A DNA stretch of 63,934 nt, counting the filler, from Lenisia limosa (taxonomy: Eukaryota; Protista; Breviatea): the NCBI GenBank assembly GCA_001655205.1. It is 8 parts of 8 records of this genome, joined end to end, with 100 filler letters (N's around TTAATTAATTAA, not from the genome) between each part and the next. Parts side by side here need not be neighbours in the genome. Positions count along the whole stretch, not along the records: positions 42,291 to 56,789 come from LPNZ01000658.1; positions 56,890 to 58,142 come from LPNZ01007364.1; positions 58,243 to 63,934 come from LPNZ01011655.1; 5 more parts are not named here. One strand, given 5' to 3'. This document shows, piece by piece, positions 52,900-63,934 of the stretch (positions are counted from its first letter, which is position 1; each line of letters begins with the position of its first letter). The translations under genes were made by a program, and so were the position numbers. Under the pieces are notes generated by a model. It ran no database searches. It had not been told where the DNA came from and saw only the letters and a program-made list of their open reading frames with translations.

Positions 52900-55800
52900 G
52901 TGTAAAGGTAGCATCTCTATCAAACGATTCTACACAACGTGAGACAAGTCTTATGCTTCGTACCACTTCTGAAAAGACTGTCGTGTCATGTTCATCAGTT
53001 TCTCTAGGGTCATGGTACTATGAATGGTCAAAACAGCCGTTACATGAGCCTCCTTATAACGCATCACTAAAAGAACCCCAGACGTCCATAAACGAAGTCT
53101 TGCGCCCCATGGATTCAAGGTCATAACGGTAGGGTGATATTGCTGAGTACAAGCAGCTCGAATTTAAACCCTTCCAACCCCTTTTTGACTGCTTGTTGGC
53201 ACTTCACTCTCAAAAGCCTTTCGATCAGCACATCAAATCTAAATTGTGACGAAAATCTATTGCAAGTTGAAAAATTATCCCATATGATATGTATTACATC
53301 ATATTGGGTGGTCATCCAATATCATATAATATAATGATGATGTAGTATAAGTCGTTTTGACCTGACCCCAAGCCCTCATGAAAGAAAAGCGTTGGCCTCA
53401 GACTCCATGAAATATCATCATATTATACTTTTTAAATCTTTGTTCTCCCATGGTTTCGATATAATTGTCCATAATATCACGAATTTCTGATCAATGAACT
53501 TTCATTTACATCAGAATTAAAATGTTTAATATATGACCTCATTCCCCATGTGAATAGTATGTATTTTTTTGGATGACCACCCGGGTTTACATATATACAT
53601 GTACTTATTGATACTACATCCTTGACAACCCAACATACGAATCGCTTTTTTCGGACATTTTCCAAATGCCATCAAGAGGAACGAGTCCCCACACGAGCAC
53701 AACGTCTTGAACCTGAAGTGTTATGGTTCTCAACTCAGGGTTATCAGTATGAGAACGACGAAAGAAATGGGTGGGATTTCGGCTACCTCTGGTTTTTCGA
53801 ACTGTTTTGCCAAGAAGGAGTGACCCTGGTCAGGCATTTCAAGAAGTTCGTCAACAGTGGATACGCGAAGGGAGATAAGGTCAAGGGTCTGGACAGTTAG
53901 TCACGATGGATTTACCAGTCTTTTCTTAGATCATAATATAATAATTGGATATAAAGGGCGAGGGGGTACTATGCGTTGTGAGCGGTTGCTCACCACAAAA
54001 TAATAAAAAAGTTGCTCACCCACAAAATAAATTTTAAAAAGTTGCTCACCCACAAATTTTGGCGATTTCAACAAAAGAAACTTATTAAAATCGCTTGAAG
54101 GACCAAAAAAAGGAGGAGGGGGCACAGGCAGCGTGGACTGCCCGATTTCAATTTAGCATCATTGAAGTAAAATTCTTCCATGTTTAGAGAGAGAAAACTT
54201 GTGGGTGAGCAACCACTGCCATATGCTTTGGTAGGGGGTATCATAGAGGTGTGTACTATATAACACTTCCATGGTAACCCACAATCGGGTTACGGAGACG
54301 GTCAACAAAGCGGTCGAATTTGACGTCGTCAGGATAGCGCCGAATGGTTTGCAGGGACACGAGTCCAGTTTCAACCGCAGATTGCACCTGAAGCGGTGAA
54401 TGAATAACGGCTTCTGCAGTGTCAGCGGTACCTTACCATTACCCTTCCCCGATACCAACATGTATAGTATACTATAACGGAAAATTCACATCATGAGTTA
54501 TCAAAGGTAAAGGTCAAATTCACAGCAATATCTTTGATATCATTAATCTCTGTTGAGGGGTGGCCAAGGTTGCTTACTTCAGGTACAGCGAGACGCCGAA
54601 GGAGACGGTCCAGGATAACAGGCGAATTGCCTGGGAATAAGGAGGGGTGGCTAAGCTAAAAAATCGATCACAACACGTCACTCCATCTTCCTTCCCGCAA
54701 TACCTAAGAGGGTTGGCACCGCGATAATTTCTGCAGTTTCTAACGAGAGACAAGGCTGGATCTGGATGAGGGTATTGACCATTTTGGCTGGCTGAATTGC
54801 GAGACAAGCTTCGCCGGTCGGACCTGAAGGAACTATCCTCTCTGGAGAGTGAATAACAATGACTTGCAGTCTTCTTCGAAGAATTTTATATTTCGCTTGG
54901 CATTTGTTAATATTTGACATGTATCAAAATACAATAATAAAAAAACACCACAACACCGCAGTGTGTTCAACTGGAAATGAAAAGTGTGTAATACAGTCAT
55001 TCATAGACTGTAAAAAGTTCAGACAAACCAAATTCTTTATCATCTCCAAATCAAATGTGACCAAGTAGCAAAATCCAACCTGATGGCTTTTCATCTTCTG
55101 AGGGTTGCTCCTCATCATTTGCATCTTCATCTTTGTCTTCCTCTCCTTCTTCTTGCTCTTCTATGTCAACAATGAGAAATCAATATAAGTTGATGACAAT
55201 TTATAAGATGCAGCACTATCAGTACTCCCCACCCACCTTCTTCAACATCCCCATCAGAGTATTGGCTCTCAGTTTCAGAAATGTTTCCATCCACGACTTC
55301 TCCATCTGAATTTGATGCTGACAGCTCATCATCATCATCATTGTGATCATTATGATCTTCATGGACTTCGTCTGCTTCGGCCCATTTACCCGGGTTCTCA
55401 TAGGGATCCACCTCATGTGAATCCTCCTTTTCTGGCAGCGGATGGCGTTCGCGTCTCTGTGCACGTCGTCTACTGCGTTCTTTGCGGTCGACAGTGCGCC
55501 AAGCCGGCTCAGAGGTGTCCAGACCCTCGGCCTCTCTTTTGGCGTTTGCCCGTTCTGAGGCCACTCGGCTCCTTCGGGCCTGTCCTGTGCATTGACCCTG
55601 CGCCCGCCTGCTCTTGTTGGACCTGGTCTTCACTTTTCGGCCACTGCCATGAGTGTTTCGTCCGCGGCCGGATTGCGACGGTACATCAGCCCTTCGCAGC
55701 TTCCGCCTCCGCATAACCTAAATGGGCATTAAAGGGGGAAATTCTATAACTTTGGGATCTGTTAATGTGATTAACACATATCAATCGTCACATCAACCCA

Positions 55801-56600
55801 CCTCCGCCGTCACATCAACGACATGGCTGTACTGGCTTCTTTTGACCTCAGCACCGTCAAAGCTACGGGGCAACGTCTCCTTCCCCTCCCAATAGGGCTT
55901 TAATTTTGCAATTCGCTCTTCTAACTCCTTCGCAGCGTCTTCATTGTAGATCCTGGTGGAAGATAAGGCATTCAGAAAGTCTCATATCACAAATACACTT
56001 TGCATTTTGCAAGTAGCCATTAGATGAATACCCACTTTCTCCACTGTTCTCTAGCAATCTCGTCATGTTCCTCTTCATCCTTGCGCATCTTCTTAATTGC
56101 TAGATTGTTAAATGATATTTAAATTCAGTGGAATGTAAATATTCACAGTACAATGAAACAATGATGTTCATTATAAATGGCATATAGGTTCTTTTGCTAC
56201 GATGAAGCTCCCTTCTCACCAGCTTTCTGTTGTTTCCGTGTCATTTTCCTCAGCTCCTCCTCCTGGCGTTCCTTCTCGGGGTTGAATTCATGCACTCCTT
56301 CCTGCAAGCAGTAAACTTGTACAACCCTGTCCACATTACTTAAAAAGCTCATATTAGCAAAATTGCGAAATGACACTCTTTGATTGATGATTCCTCTCAT
56401 GAAAGACCAAAACTGACATATACAACCAAAAAACAAAAAAATCAAACTGTTAGGTCCACTATTGGAGCGGGAAAATGTTAAGAACATCTTAGAGCGCACC
56501 TAAAATGCCATGATATGATAACGCGTACCTGTGTACGCCTGCCTTTCTTTCCTGAAACGTCTTCTCCCTTCTTGTTGAATCTAAAGTAGCAATGAAACAA
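52900..56600 (-). CDS. Uncharacterised multi-exon gene(s) with a highly charged Arg/Glu-rich region (approximate span)
   Basis: Exons YCLQEGVHEFNPEKERQEEEL, IYNEDAAKELEERIAKLKPYW, the 182-aa RRRKLRRAD..DDDDELS ORF, and VQTLDLISLRVSTVDELLEMP..VQDVVLVWGLVPLDGIW, all with GT-AG borders. No family recognised. Confidence 0.45.
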
Positions 56601-57554
56601 CCCATAATAATGTGTTTGAAACTATATAAACCTGTTTGCTACATGTAAATATCAGCTTAGATAGCACGCAAGCAGCAAACCTGATTTTGACAGGTGGAAG
56701 TGCTACTGCATTCTGTAGACCGGCAATATCCTTCAGATGCATGTTCATCTGGATAGATGAAGAGAAAGCGCTTATATATAGCAATGAGANNNNNNNNNNN
56801 NNNNNNNNNNNNNNNNNNNNNNNNNNNNNNNNNTTAATTAATTAANNNNNNNNNNNNNNNNNNNNNNNNNNNNNNNNNNNNNNNNNNNNCCCTTCTCCAT
56901 GGTGTCAGCATGCTCGTCATTTGCGGCGCGTTCTACAGGTTCAACAAAAGCATCCATTCCCACAAACCAGGCCATTGCCCAGGGTTGGCTGTTGGGCTTC
57001 ACTTCGATTCGAAAAAATACCGGTAAAATATCAATCGTTTTCGAGGATTTAGTCTTTTTTCGAACCGAAGTGAAGCCCTAGTTGGCTGGGGCCGAGATAA
57101 TACAGGGGGGATGAAAAGGCAGTTAGTAACTGGAGCTCACAGCGTGTTTTACCAGTCTTTTTTAGACTGTAAGGAACCCTCGTTTTAGCCAATCCTTCTT
57201 GCCATTGAATGAAACATTGAACTTGTGATCATTTATAACAATACTCCTCCCCCGTTCGCCGGAGTGATGGGATGCGGTGCTACAGAAGCGATAGGCTTTG
57301 TTTTTTTTGCCGTTATCAACCCTCGTGTGTTATCAGCCAACAGAGTTGATTTTGGGCTTTTTTTTCATAAATTTTCCAGTTTTACTCCCTCCCCCCCTCC
57401 CGTTGTTTTCCTGTATTAATTTGTCTTGCTATTTGGTTTTACTTTGTTCTTCCAATATGATATATTTTCCATTTTCACGTGTTACTCAAATGCCTAGTCA
57501 GCAGATGTGGGGTTTTTGTTGCATACATATGCCAGTGTGACCTTACCCTCTAGG

Positions 57555-58142
57555 CGACGTGGAGGCCGATCTGACTGACAAGTGGTCACTTGACTACGGC
57601 GACGAGCCCGCGTCTGGTCCCTTCAACCCCCTGCCACTAGGCTGGTTTGTCGATAAGACGCGCGGCGTCGTGAGGTTGGCTCTGCGCATCAATGGGGCTG
57701 ATTTTATACCGATACCAGTAATTGATCTTTTTTTTTTCTTTTCTTGAGATACATAGCTTTTGTCATATCCTTTTATCGATGCAAAATGTCATGTTATTCT
57801 AGATGATATTAGGAAAAAACCATGTCTGATACGAGTGTAATAGTTATACTAAGTTGTACAATCTCTTCTTCCCTATCTCCCCACCCCCCCTTTGTTTTTG
57901 TGTTTTTGTCATCTGGCTTTTGTCAAGTTTTGGCGTTGGTTGCTCTTGTGTGTTATTGCTTGTTTTGTTTTGTTTGTTTGGAGTTTCAGAATATTCCTTT
58001 ACGCAAATATTCTTCATCAAAATTTCCTTCGTTTTACAGTCGATTTGGTTTGTTTGGTTTCATAAATTGTCTAATTTTACTCCCCCCCCCCAGTCTATTG
58101 GCGGTGCACGTGACTTCCCGGGGCATGGTGGAGCTCTGGAAT
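57555..58142 (+). CDS. Internal exons of an uncharacterised gene on a 1.25-kb contig
   Basis: ctctag|GDVEADLTDKWSLDYGDEPASGPFNPLPLGWFVDKTRGVVRLALRINGADFIP, and an acceptor at 58093. Confidence 0.4.
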
Positions 58143-58242
58143 NNNNNNNNNNNNNNNNNNNNNNNNNNNNNNNNNNNNNNNNNNNNTTAATTAATTAANN
58201 NNNNNNNNNNNNNNNNNNNNNNNNNNNNNNNNNNNNNNNNNN

Positions 58243-61200
58243 CCACTTGCCGGCCCCCTTGGCGTCGTCTTGGGCCCCGGGCACCCGGATGCCAAGGGGG
58301 GTCAAAAACTTGTCATCTACTGGTCTACGCCGCCGGGCTGGGGAGTGAGGAATAGGTGGTGAAACAAATGATAAAACGCCCCATTCACATACCAATAAAC
58401 TCGATGTTGAAGTAGGTGTATTCCACCTTCATGTAGTCGTTGTAAAGAACCCTAAACTGTCAACGGGAAAGGGGGGAGGGGGGGTTGCTCAATTTGTCCC
58501 CAAAAATCTTCTCTCTCTGTGACTGCCCCTCCACCGAAGGAAATCGTCAGGCTTGAATGGGGCGTTCATTTCCCGGCCCAGGATATTGACTTTTGACGTG
58601 GGGAGGACGAACTTCTCGGGAATGCCAACCTCATTAACCTCCTAAATTCGTAAATGCAGTCAAAATAGGAGAAAAATGAGTCCATGTTAAGGGATACCCC
58701 CCCCCCCCCANNNNNNNNNNNNNNNNNNNNNNNNNNNNNNNNNNNNNNNNNNNNNNNNNNNNNNNNNNNNNNNNNNNNNNNNNNNNNNNNNNNNNNNNNN
58801 NNNNNNNNNNNNNNNNNNNNNNNNNNNNNNNNNGACAACACACAAGGGTGAAAAAACAACAAAACAAACAAAGCCCAGACCAGTCACTTCTGCGGCACCG
58901 TATCATTCCGGTATGTGTGAGGAGGATCATATCTTTGTTGGGCGAGTATATAAAGAAGAGGGTGGAAGTTAGGTCATACCTAGGGGCACGACCAGGCTCC
59001 TTCCTCAGAATCTCCAACGATGAGGGCCATGAGTAGCGTTGTGCGTGGTAGACGTGGATGTGTTCGCCGTCCTTGGTGACAAGAAGGCCAAGGGGCTTGA
59101 GGGCCTTCCTGTTATGGTAAGTGATGGAGGAGGGTTTCCTTTTATGGCAAGTCGTGTTGCTTCTTTATGCAGAAAAGACGAAAGTTGCAACCTACGTTAA
59201 AGCAGAAAAGAGCTCCTCAACTTGCAAGTCCTTTGGCATAATGTAGCCAAACTACAGGGTCAAAGACGCCTATGGTGGACTGAGTACAAAGCAGAACTAC
59301 AGGAAAACTCCACTAATATGGTTTGACGAAAAGACAGCCAAATATCACCTCCCCCCACATCGATATCATCTTCCCAGGGGACCATTCCCTCATTGTGTCT
59401 CAGTGAGCCTGGAAAGGAAAAAGAATGAGATAAAGAGAGGGTCTCCGATCTTAGCAGCCAAGGTGATAGGAAGAACCCGGCCCGTACTCACCTAAAAGCG
59501 TGCCGCCGTCAGCCCACCAATCCACGCCCATTTCTGTCAGGGCTTTTCCGGTGGCAGATCCGATTGTGGCAAAATGGTCCATGCAACATGGGGGAGTGTT
59601 GAGCCCTGTGGAATCAAAAGGTTGAATTTTGGCATCCCTAGAATGAATACAAAACAAATGTGCTTTGACATTGCAAATTCTGGCATACCAAGAAAGTCCA
59701 CGTATTTGGTAGTGAAACAGGGTATGGTGGTGGGAGTGCAGGGTTTCCAGCCAATATCAGGACGGTCGCACTGGGTAGTTAATCCAACTTTTAGTCCTGC
59801 ATTTTTGTTTGCTCCTTGCTAACGCCAGTTCACTTGAAAAAGCACAAAAGATACAATACCATATAGAAACCCTGTCGAACTTGGTGTACTTAATAAACAA
59901 CGATAAGCCTGTCCCAAGGCCTACAGTTAAGGGTAATTTTTCATTGCTGATGGCGGACGGTTCGTCTTGGTACTGGTACCCTCCAGTATCCAACTTCTTT
60001 GCGGGCGGAACTACCTGGAGGTGTTATCATGCCGAGAATAGTTCCCATAATAGGTGAGGCGTATTTGCCCTCGCACCATGTGAAGGTCGTACTTCTTGGC
60101 ATAGTCCTTGATCTTCCAGGACTGAGCTTGTGTGTACCTGCTGGGTCAATTGTATTGGCTTTGGAGAAAACCATCTTGAAAGGGCAAACTATATTATGAT
60201 ATTAGTATGCCATATTTGTAGATTGAATATTCATATCGTACCATACACGATGTACAAATTATGATAATGCTTTACTACGATCTAGTTGAGCTGATCGATG
60301 TTCAATCGGAAATTAAGACAACCTCTCAAGTCCGGCCCACATTATATCACGATGGTACTCCGGCATCTTCACCGCCCCCGGTCTGAGGAGCGAAATTGCC
60401 AGCCGGAACTAAAAATGATGAGTCTGTGTTACTAATGTAGAAGCAAAAGAGTTCTTTACCCCCCCCCCCCCCCNNNNNNNNNNNNNNNNNNNNNNNNNNN
60501 NNNNNNNNNNNNNNNNNNNNNNNNNNNNNNNNNNNNNNNNNNNNNNNNNNNNNNNNNNNNNNNNNNNNNNNNNNNNNNNNNNNNNNNNNNNNNNNNNNNN
60601 NNNNNNNNNNNNNCCAAAAGAAGCATCGGGATGCTGGGGTGAATGTATTCATTCCAATTAACCTGGGGGAGGGGTCAGGACAATAGACAACTGGGTGAAA
60701 CATGATTCCTCAGTCCCTTTCAACTCTCCACGAGACCACCCCACCTGATACTTCACAGCAAGGTCGAAGGGCCGGCACGCGGGGAAGGACATGTAGCGTA
60801 AACCGCCCCNNNNNNNNNNNNNNNNNNNNNNNNNNNNNNNNNNNNNNNNNNNNNNNNNNNNNNNNNNNNNNNNNNNNNNNNNNNNNNNNNNNNNNNNNNN
60901 NNNNNNNNNNNNNNNNNNNNNNNNNNNNNNNNNNNNNNNNNNNNNNNNNNNNNNNNNNNNNNNCATCTAAATCCGTAAATCCAATCTTCAACACACTAAA
61001 GCCCGCATATAACGCGGTAGATGTATTCTCTACCCCACCCCACCCCCCTCCAAGAATGTAGTATTTCCACATATCCGTTCTTGTATGAACATCCCGACTT
61101 GTCAGTCGCACATGGATACATAGCAATGATAAATAAAAAACAAGGCTGTGTCTGGCCAAAGAAGGAGTACCACATCACCTTGTGGAAAATGATGACAGGT

Positions 61201-62152
61201 AGGATTAATATGTCAACACCCTACCTGGACGAAAACCGCCACCGATGTCACACCCTACCTGGACNNNNNNNNNNNNNNNNNNNNNNNNNNNNNNNNNNNN
61301 NNNNNNNNNNNNNNNNNNNNNNNNNNNNNNNNNNNNNNNNNNNNNNNNNNNNNNNNNNNNNNNNNNNNNNNNNNNNNNNNNNNNNNNNNNNNNNNNNNNN
61401 NNNNNNNNNNNNNNNNNNNNNNNNNNNNNNNNNNNNNNNNNNNNNNNNNNNNNNNNNNNNNNNNNNNNNNNNNNNNNNNNNNNNNNNNNNNNNNNNNNNN
61501 NNNNNNNNNNNNNNNNNNNNNNNNNNNNNNNNNNNNNNNNNNNNNNNNNNNACCTGGACGAAAACCGCCACCGATGTCAGGGTAAATGAAAAAACGGGCG
61601 AGGGGGTGTAGAATACCTCCTGGTGCTAAAATAGTTACAAAGATATATGACCTGTACTCCTTCAGTACTACATGTATATTACTGCTGTGATTAACCCCCC
61701 CCCCCAAACGTTATTTTCGCAGAACCAAGACACCCAATGCAACTGAAACTCGTGTCCACTGTCGACCGACACGGCAACCGTGGTACTACATCGGTCAAGG
61801 TCAACCGTAACGCTCCATCACGTTTATTGCGATATCCGACAGAAGCCGCCGACACCACCAGCTCTCACCTTGAAATGAAGAGCAGCACAGCGGTCAAGAT
61901 AACAAGAAGATAGGGGTGCGAGTAGCGTGTGATCGGTGCCGCGAGCCACAGATGGTACACAACAAACGTCAGGACGACAGAGATGAGGGCTAGAACAGCA
62001 TTGGCAACGACCAGTGAAGTCTCAGCTGAGAGGCTGTCTGTCAGAGCAACAAATGGCGTTGGTGGGGCAAGAAGGAGGCCGCAGAGGGCAACACAGAAGC
62101 TCACTGTCAGCACAATGTACCACAAAGGGTGTACATAGACCTTGATAGCCAT
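58243..62152 (-). CDS. FKRP/LicD-family nucleotidyltransferase-fold phosphotransferase with N-terminal hydrophobic segments
   Basis: Spliced ..CDRPDIGWKPCTPTTIPCFTTKY|GLNTPPCCMDHFATIGSATGKALTEMGVDWWADGGTLL|GSLRHNEGMVPWEDDID matches FKRP [31 protein letters not shown]; later IPEKFVLPTSKVNILGREMNAP. Inclusion of the 61.9-62.2 kb TM exon is inferred. Confidence 0.78.
61217..61579. repeat. 34-bp tandem array (partly collapsed in a gap) containing a donor splice site
   Basis: Unit CACCCTACCTGGACGAAAACCGCCACCGATGTCA appears on both sides of the 287-N gap. Confidence 0.8.
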
Positions 62153-63739
62153 GATGGAACTGAAGGTGAGAGGATGAGTGCAAGATAAAAGTCAAAAACA
62201 CCATTTGATGGCCGAATTATTTATTTCTATCAATTTAAATTCTGCCAAGCATCAAGAAGAGACCAACGCAGACCTAAACAACAAGGCTTCAGAAGACAAA
62301 GAGAACTTCTCGCTGATTGGTGTTGTCCAATTTGATTCCACACACTATTTGAGAACGTCTAAATTAAAAAGAAAGGAAAAATCACAAAATTCTTTTATAA
62401 GGATATGATCGAGGATCTATTCTCCTTTTGAGCGCTTTTGTTCATGGTTCAGCCCTTTCTTTACTTTTTTTGCCATAAAAAACTACATTAGAACACGTTC
62501 CGAATACTTTCTCTCTTGTTATATTGTGGCAGTGGGTGAGGAAAGCTCTTTTAGTGTTGAAGCACAACCAGTCCGCACTTTACACCAGCTCTGCACTGCT
62601 TGAAGGAACCGTTTTTGTCTGCTTTTTAGGTGGATGGAGGGCGCTATTGATTGCTACTAAGGGTTATTAATTGTTGCTATTGTTCAATTCTTTGTTCTTC
62701 GTGGTTGAAAGTGACTTGACAAGAGTCATAGAATAAACATGCCAAAGGTCATCTTGATGAACTGAAGAAGTGTTAATGTTGACATAATATGCATAAATTA
62801 AGTTTCCTTCAAGTGTAGTGTTACTTATCCATTCCTTACCTCTCCAGAAGATGAGGCCGCCCTAGTCTGATAAAGAGCGCTCAAGATCTCTTGGACCATG
62901 GCAACAGTTACGCCTTGGCCCCGTGGAAAGGTTGGAAGTGGTGCTCTTATTTTATGTTAAAAAAACCGTTTTCTCTTGGGATGTGGGTGTTGGAAAGGCG
63001 GCAACTAGAACCAATCAGAGAAAAAAACAAGATGTACAACAAGAAAGATATAGTTAATTATGTTTGACACCCCCCCCCCCCCNNNNNNNNNNNNNNNNNN
63101 NNNNNNNNNNNNNNNNNNNNNNNNNNNNNNNNNNNNNNNNNNNNNNNNNNNNNNNNNNNNNNNNNNNNNNNNNNNNNNNNNNNNNNNNNNNNNNNNNNNN
63201 NNNNNNNNNNNNNNNNNNNNNNNNNNNNNNNNNNNNNNNNNNNNNNNNNNNNNNNNNNNNNNNNNNNNNNNNNNNNNNNNNNNNNNNNNNNNNNNNNNNN
63301 NNNNNNNNNCCCAATTTTTTTATATTCAACAACATGATCAGGGGTATGCAAGAGGGACAGTAGAACCATGATGCCTATAGTACAGCCAAAAACACTATGC
63401 ATGGGTCTAGGGTCTAGGATCACTCTTTGGTAAAGCAAAGACGTTCTTGTATCAGTACTTTTCACTCCCAGGCAATCTTCAAAGAAAATGTAAAAATTGA
63501 GCAAAAATGAGCGTGATTAACCCAATAATTGACGAAAATTGATATAAATAAAGCTAACTCGACTCCCACATGTTGTAATACAAATAATGATGTCTTTCTG
63601 ATGAAGCAGATATGGCTGGTGCTCTGGTCTGAGGAACGGAACCCTCTCCCCCAGGCTCTTTATGGTAGGAACTGAGACTGTACTTTCATTCGGTTTCCTT
63701 TATCGCCTATAAGTTACCTGGGATTCGGTTACAAAAGTT

Positions 63740-63934
63740 AGTATTGTGTACCTGGGGTATTGGGGTTACACAAGTTAGTATTGTGTACCTGGGGTATTGG
63801 GGTGATTCTGTTTCCATAATTCCCCCCCAGATTCGATCTCAAAAGACGTGAAATTACACACTATCCGTGCACACGTGACTCTTTTCTGTGTATGATGAGT
63901 GACTCTTTTCTGTGTATGATGAGTGACTCTTTTC
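63740..63934. repeat. Two short tandem repeats (about 36 bp x2 and 24 bp x2.5)
   Basis: AGTTAGTATTGTGTACCTGGGGTATTGGGG twice; GTGACTCTTTTCTGTGTATGATGA repeated to the window end. Confidence 0.8.

Overview
This is eukaryotic, not prokaryotic, DNA: a draft genome of an intron-dense, flagellated unicellular eukaryote using the standard genetic code (organism not identifiable from the sequence). The window is eight unrelated contigs joined by seven artificial N44-TTAATTAATTAA-N44 linkers, so gene order across linkers is meaningless, and the ORF track fragments almost every gene. By joining exons manually I recognise UTP13/TBL3, the SMC1 C-terminus, CFAP91, a CUE/UBA plus Q-rich Def1/UBAP2-like gene, dynein light chain DNAL1, the poly(A) polymerase N-terminus, a bacterial-type ferritin with spliceosomal introns, ZGRF1 (DUF2439, GRF zinc finger, SF1 helicase), a TVP15/COPI-associated membrane protein and an FKRP/LicD-family phosphotransferase, plus several unknown genes. 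One contig (26.5-37.8 kb) has no recognisable conserved gene but holds decayed, partly inverted copies of one unknown gene and a MITE. The most interesting signal is intron architecture: (i) many introns start GT plus a G-run and/or end in a C-run plus AG; (ii) one dispersed repeat lies inside introns of five unrelated genes, always sense to the host (candidate intron-generating or intron-specific element); (iii) several tandem duplications copy the splice site itself. No rRNA, tRNA or CRISPR array was found. Exon boundaries were read by eye, and some gene ends are approximate.
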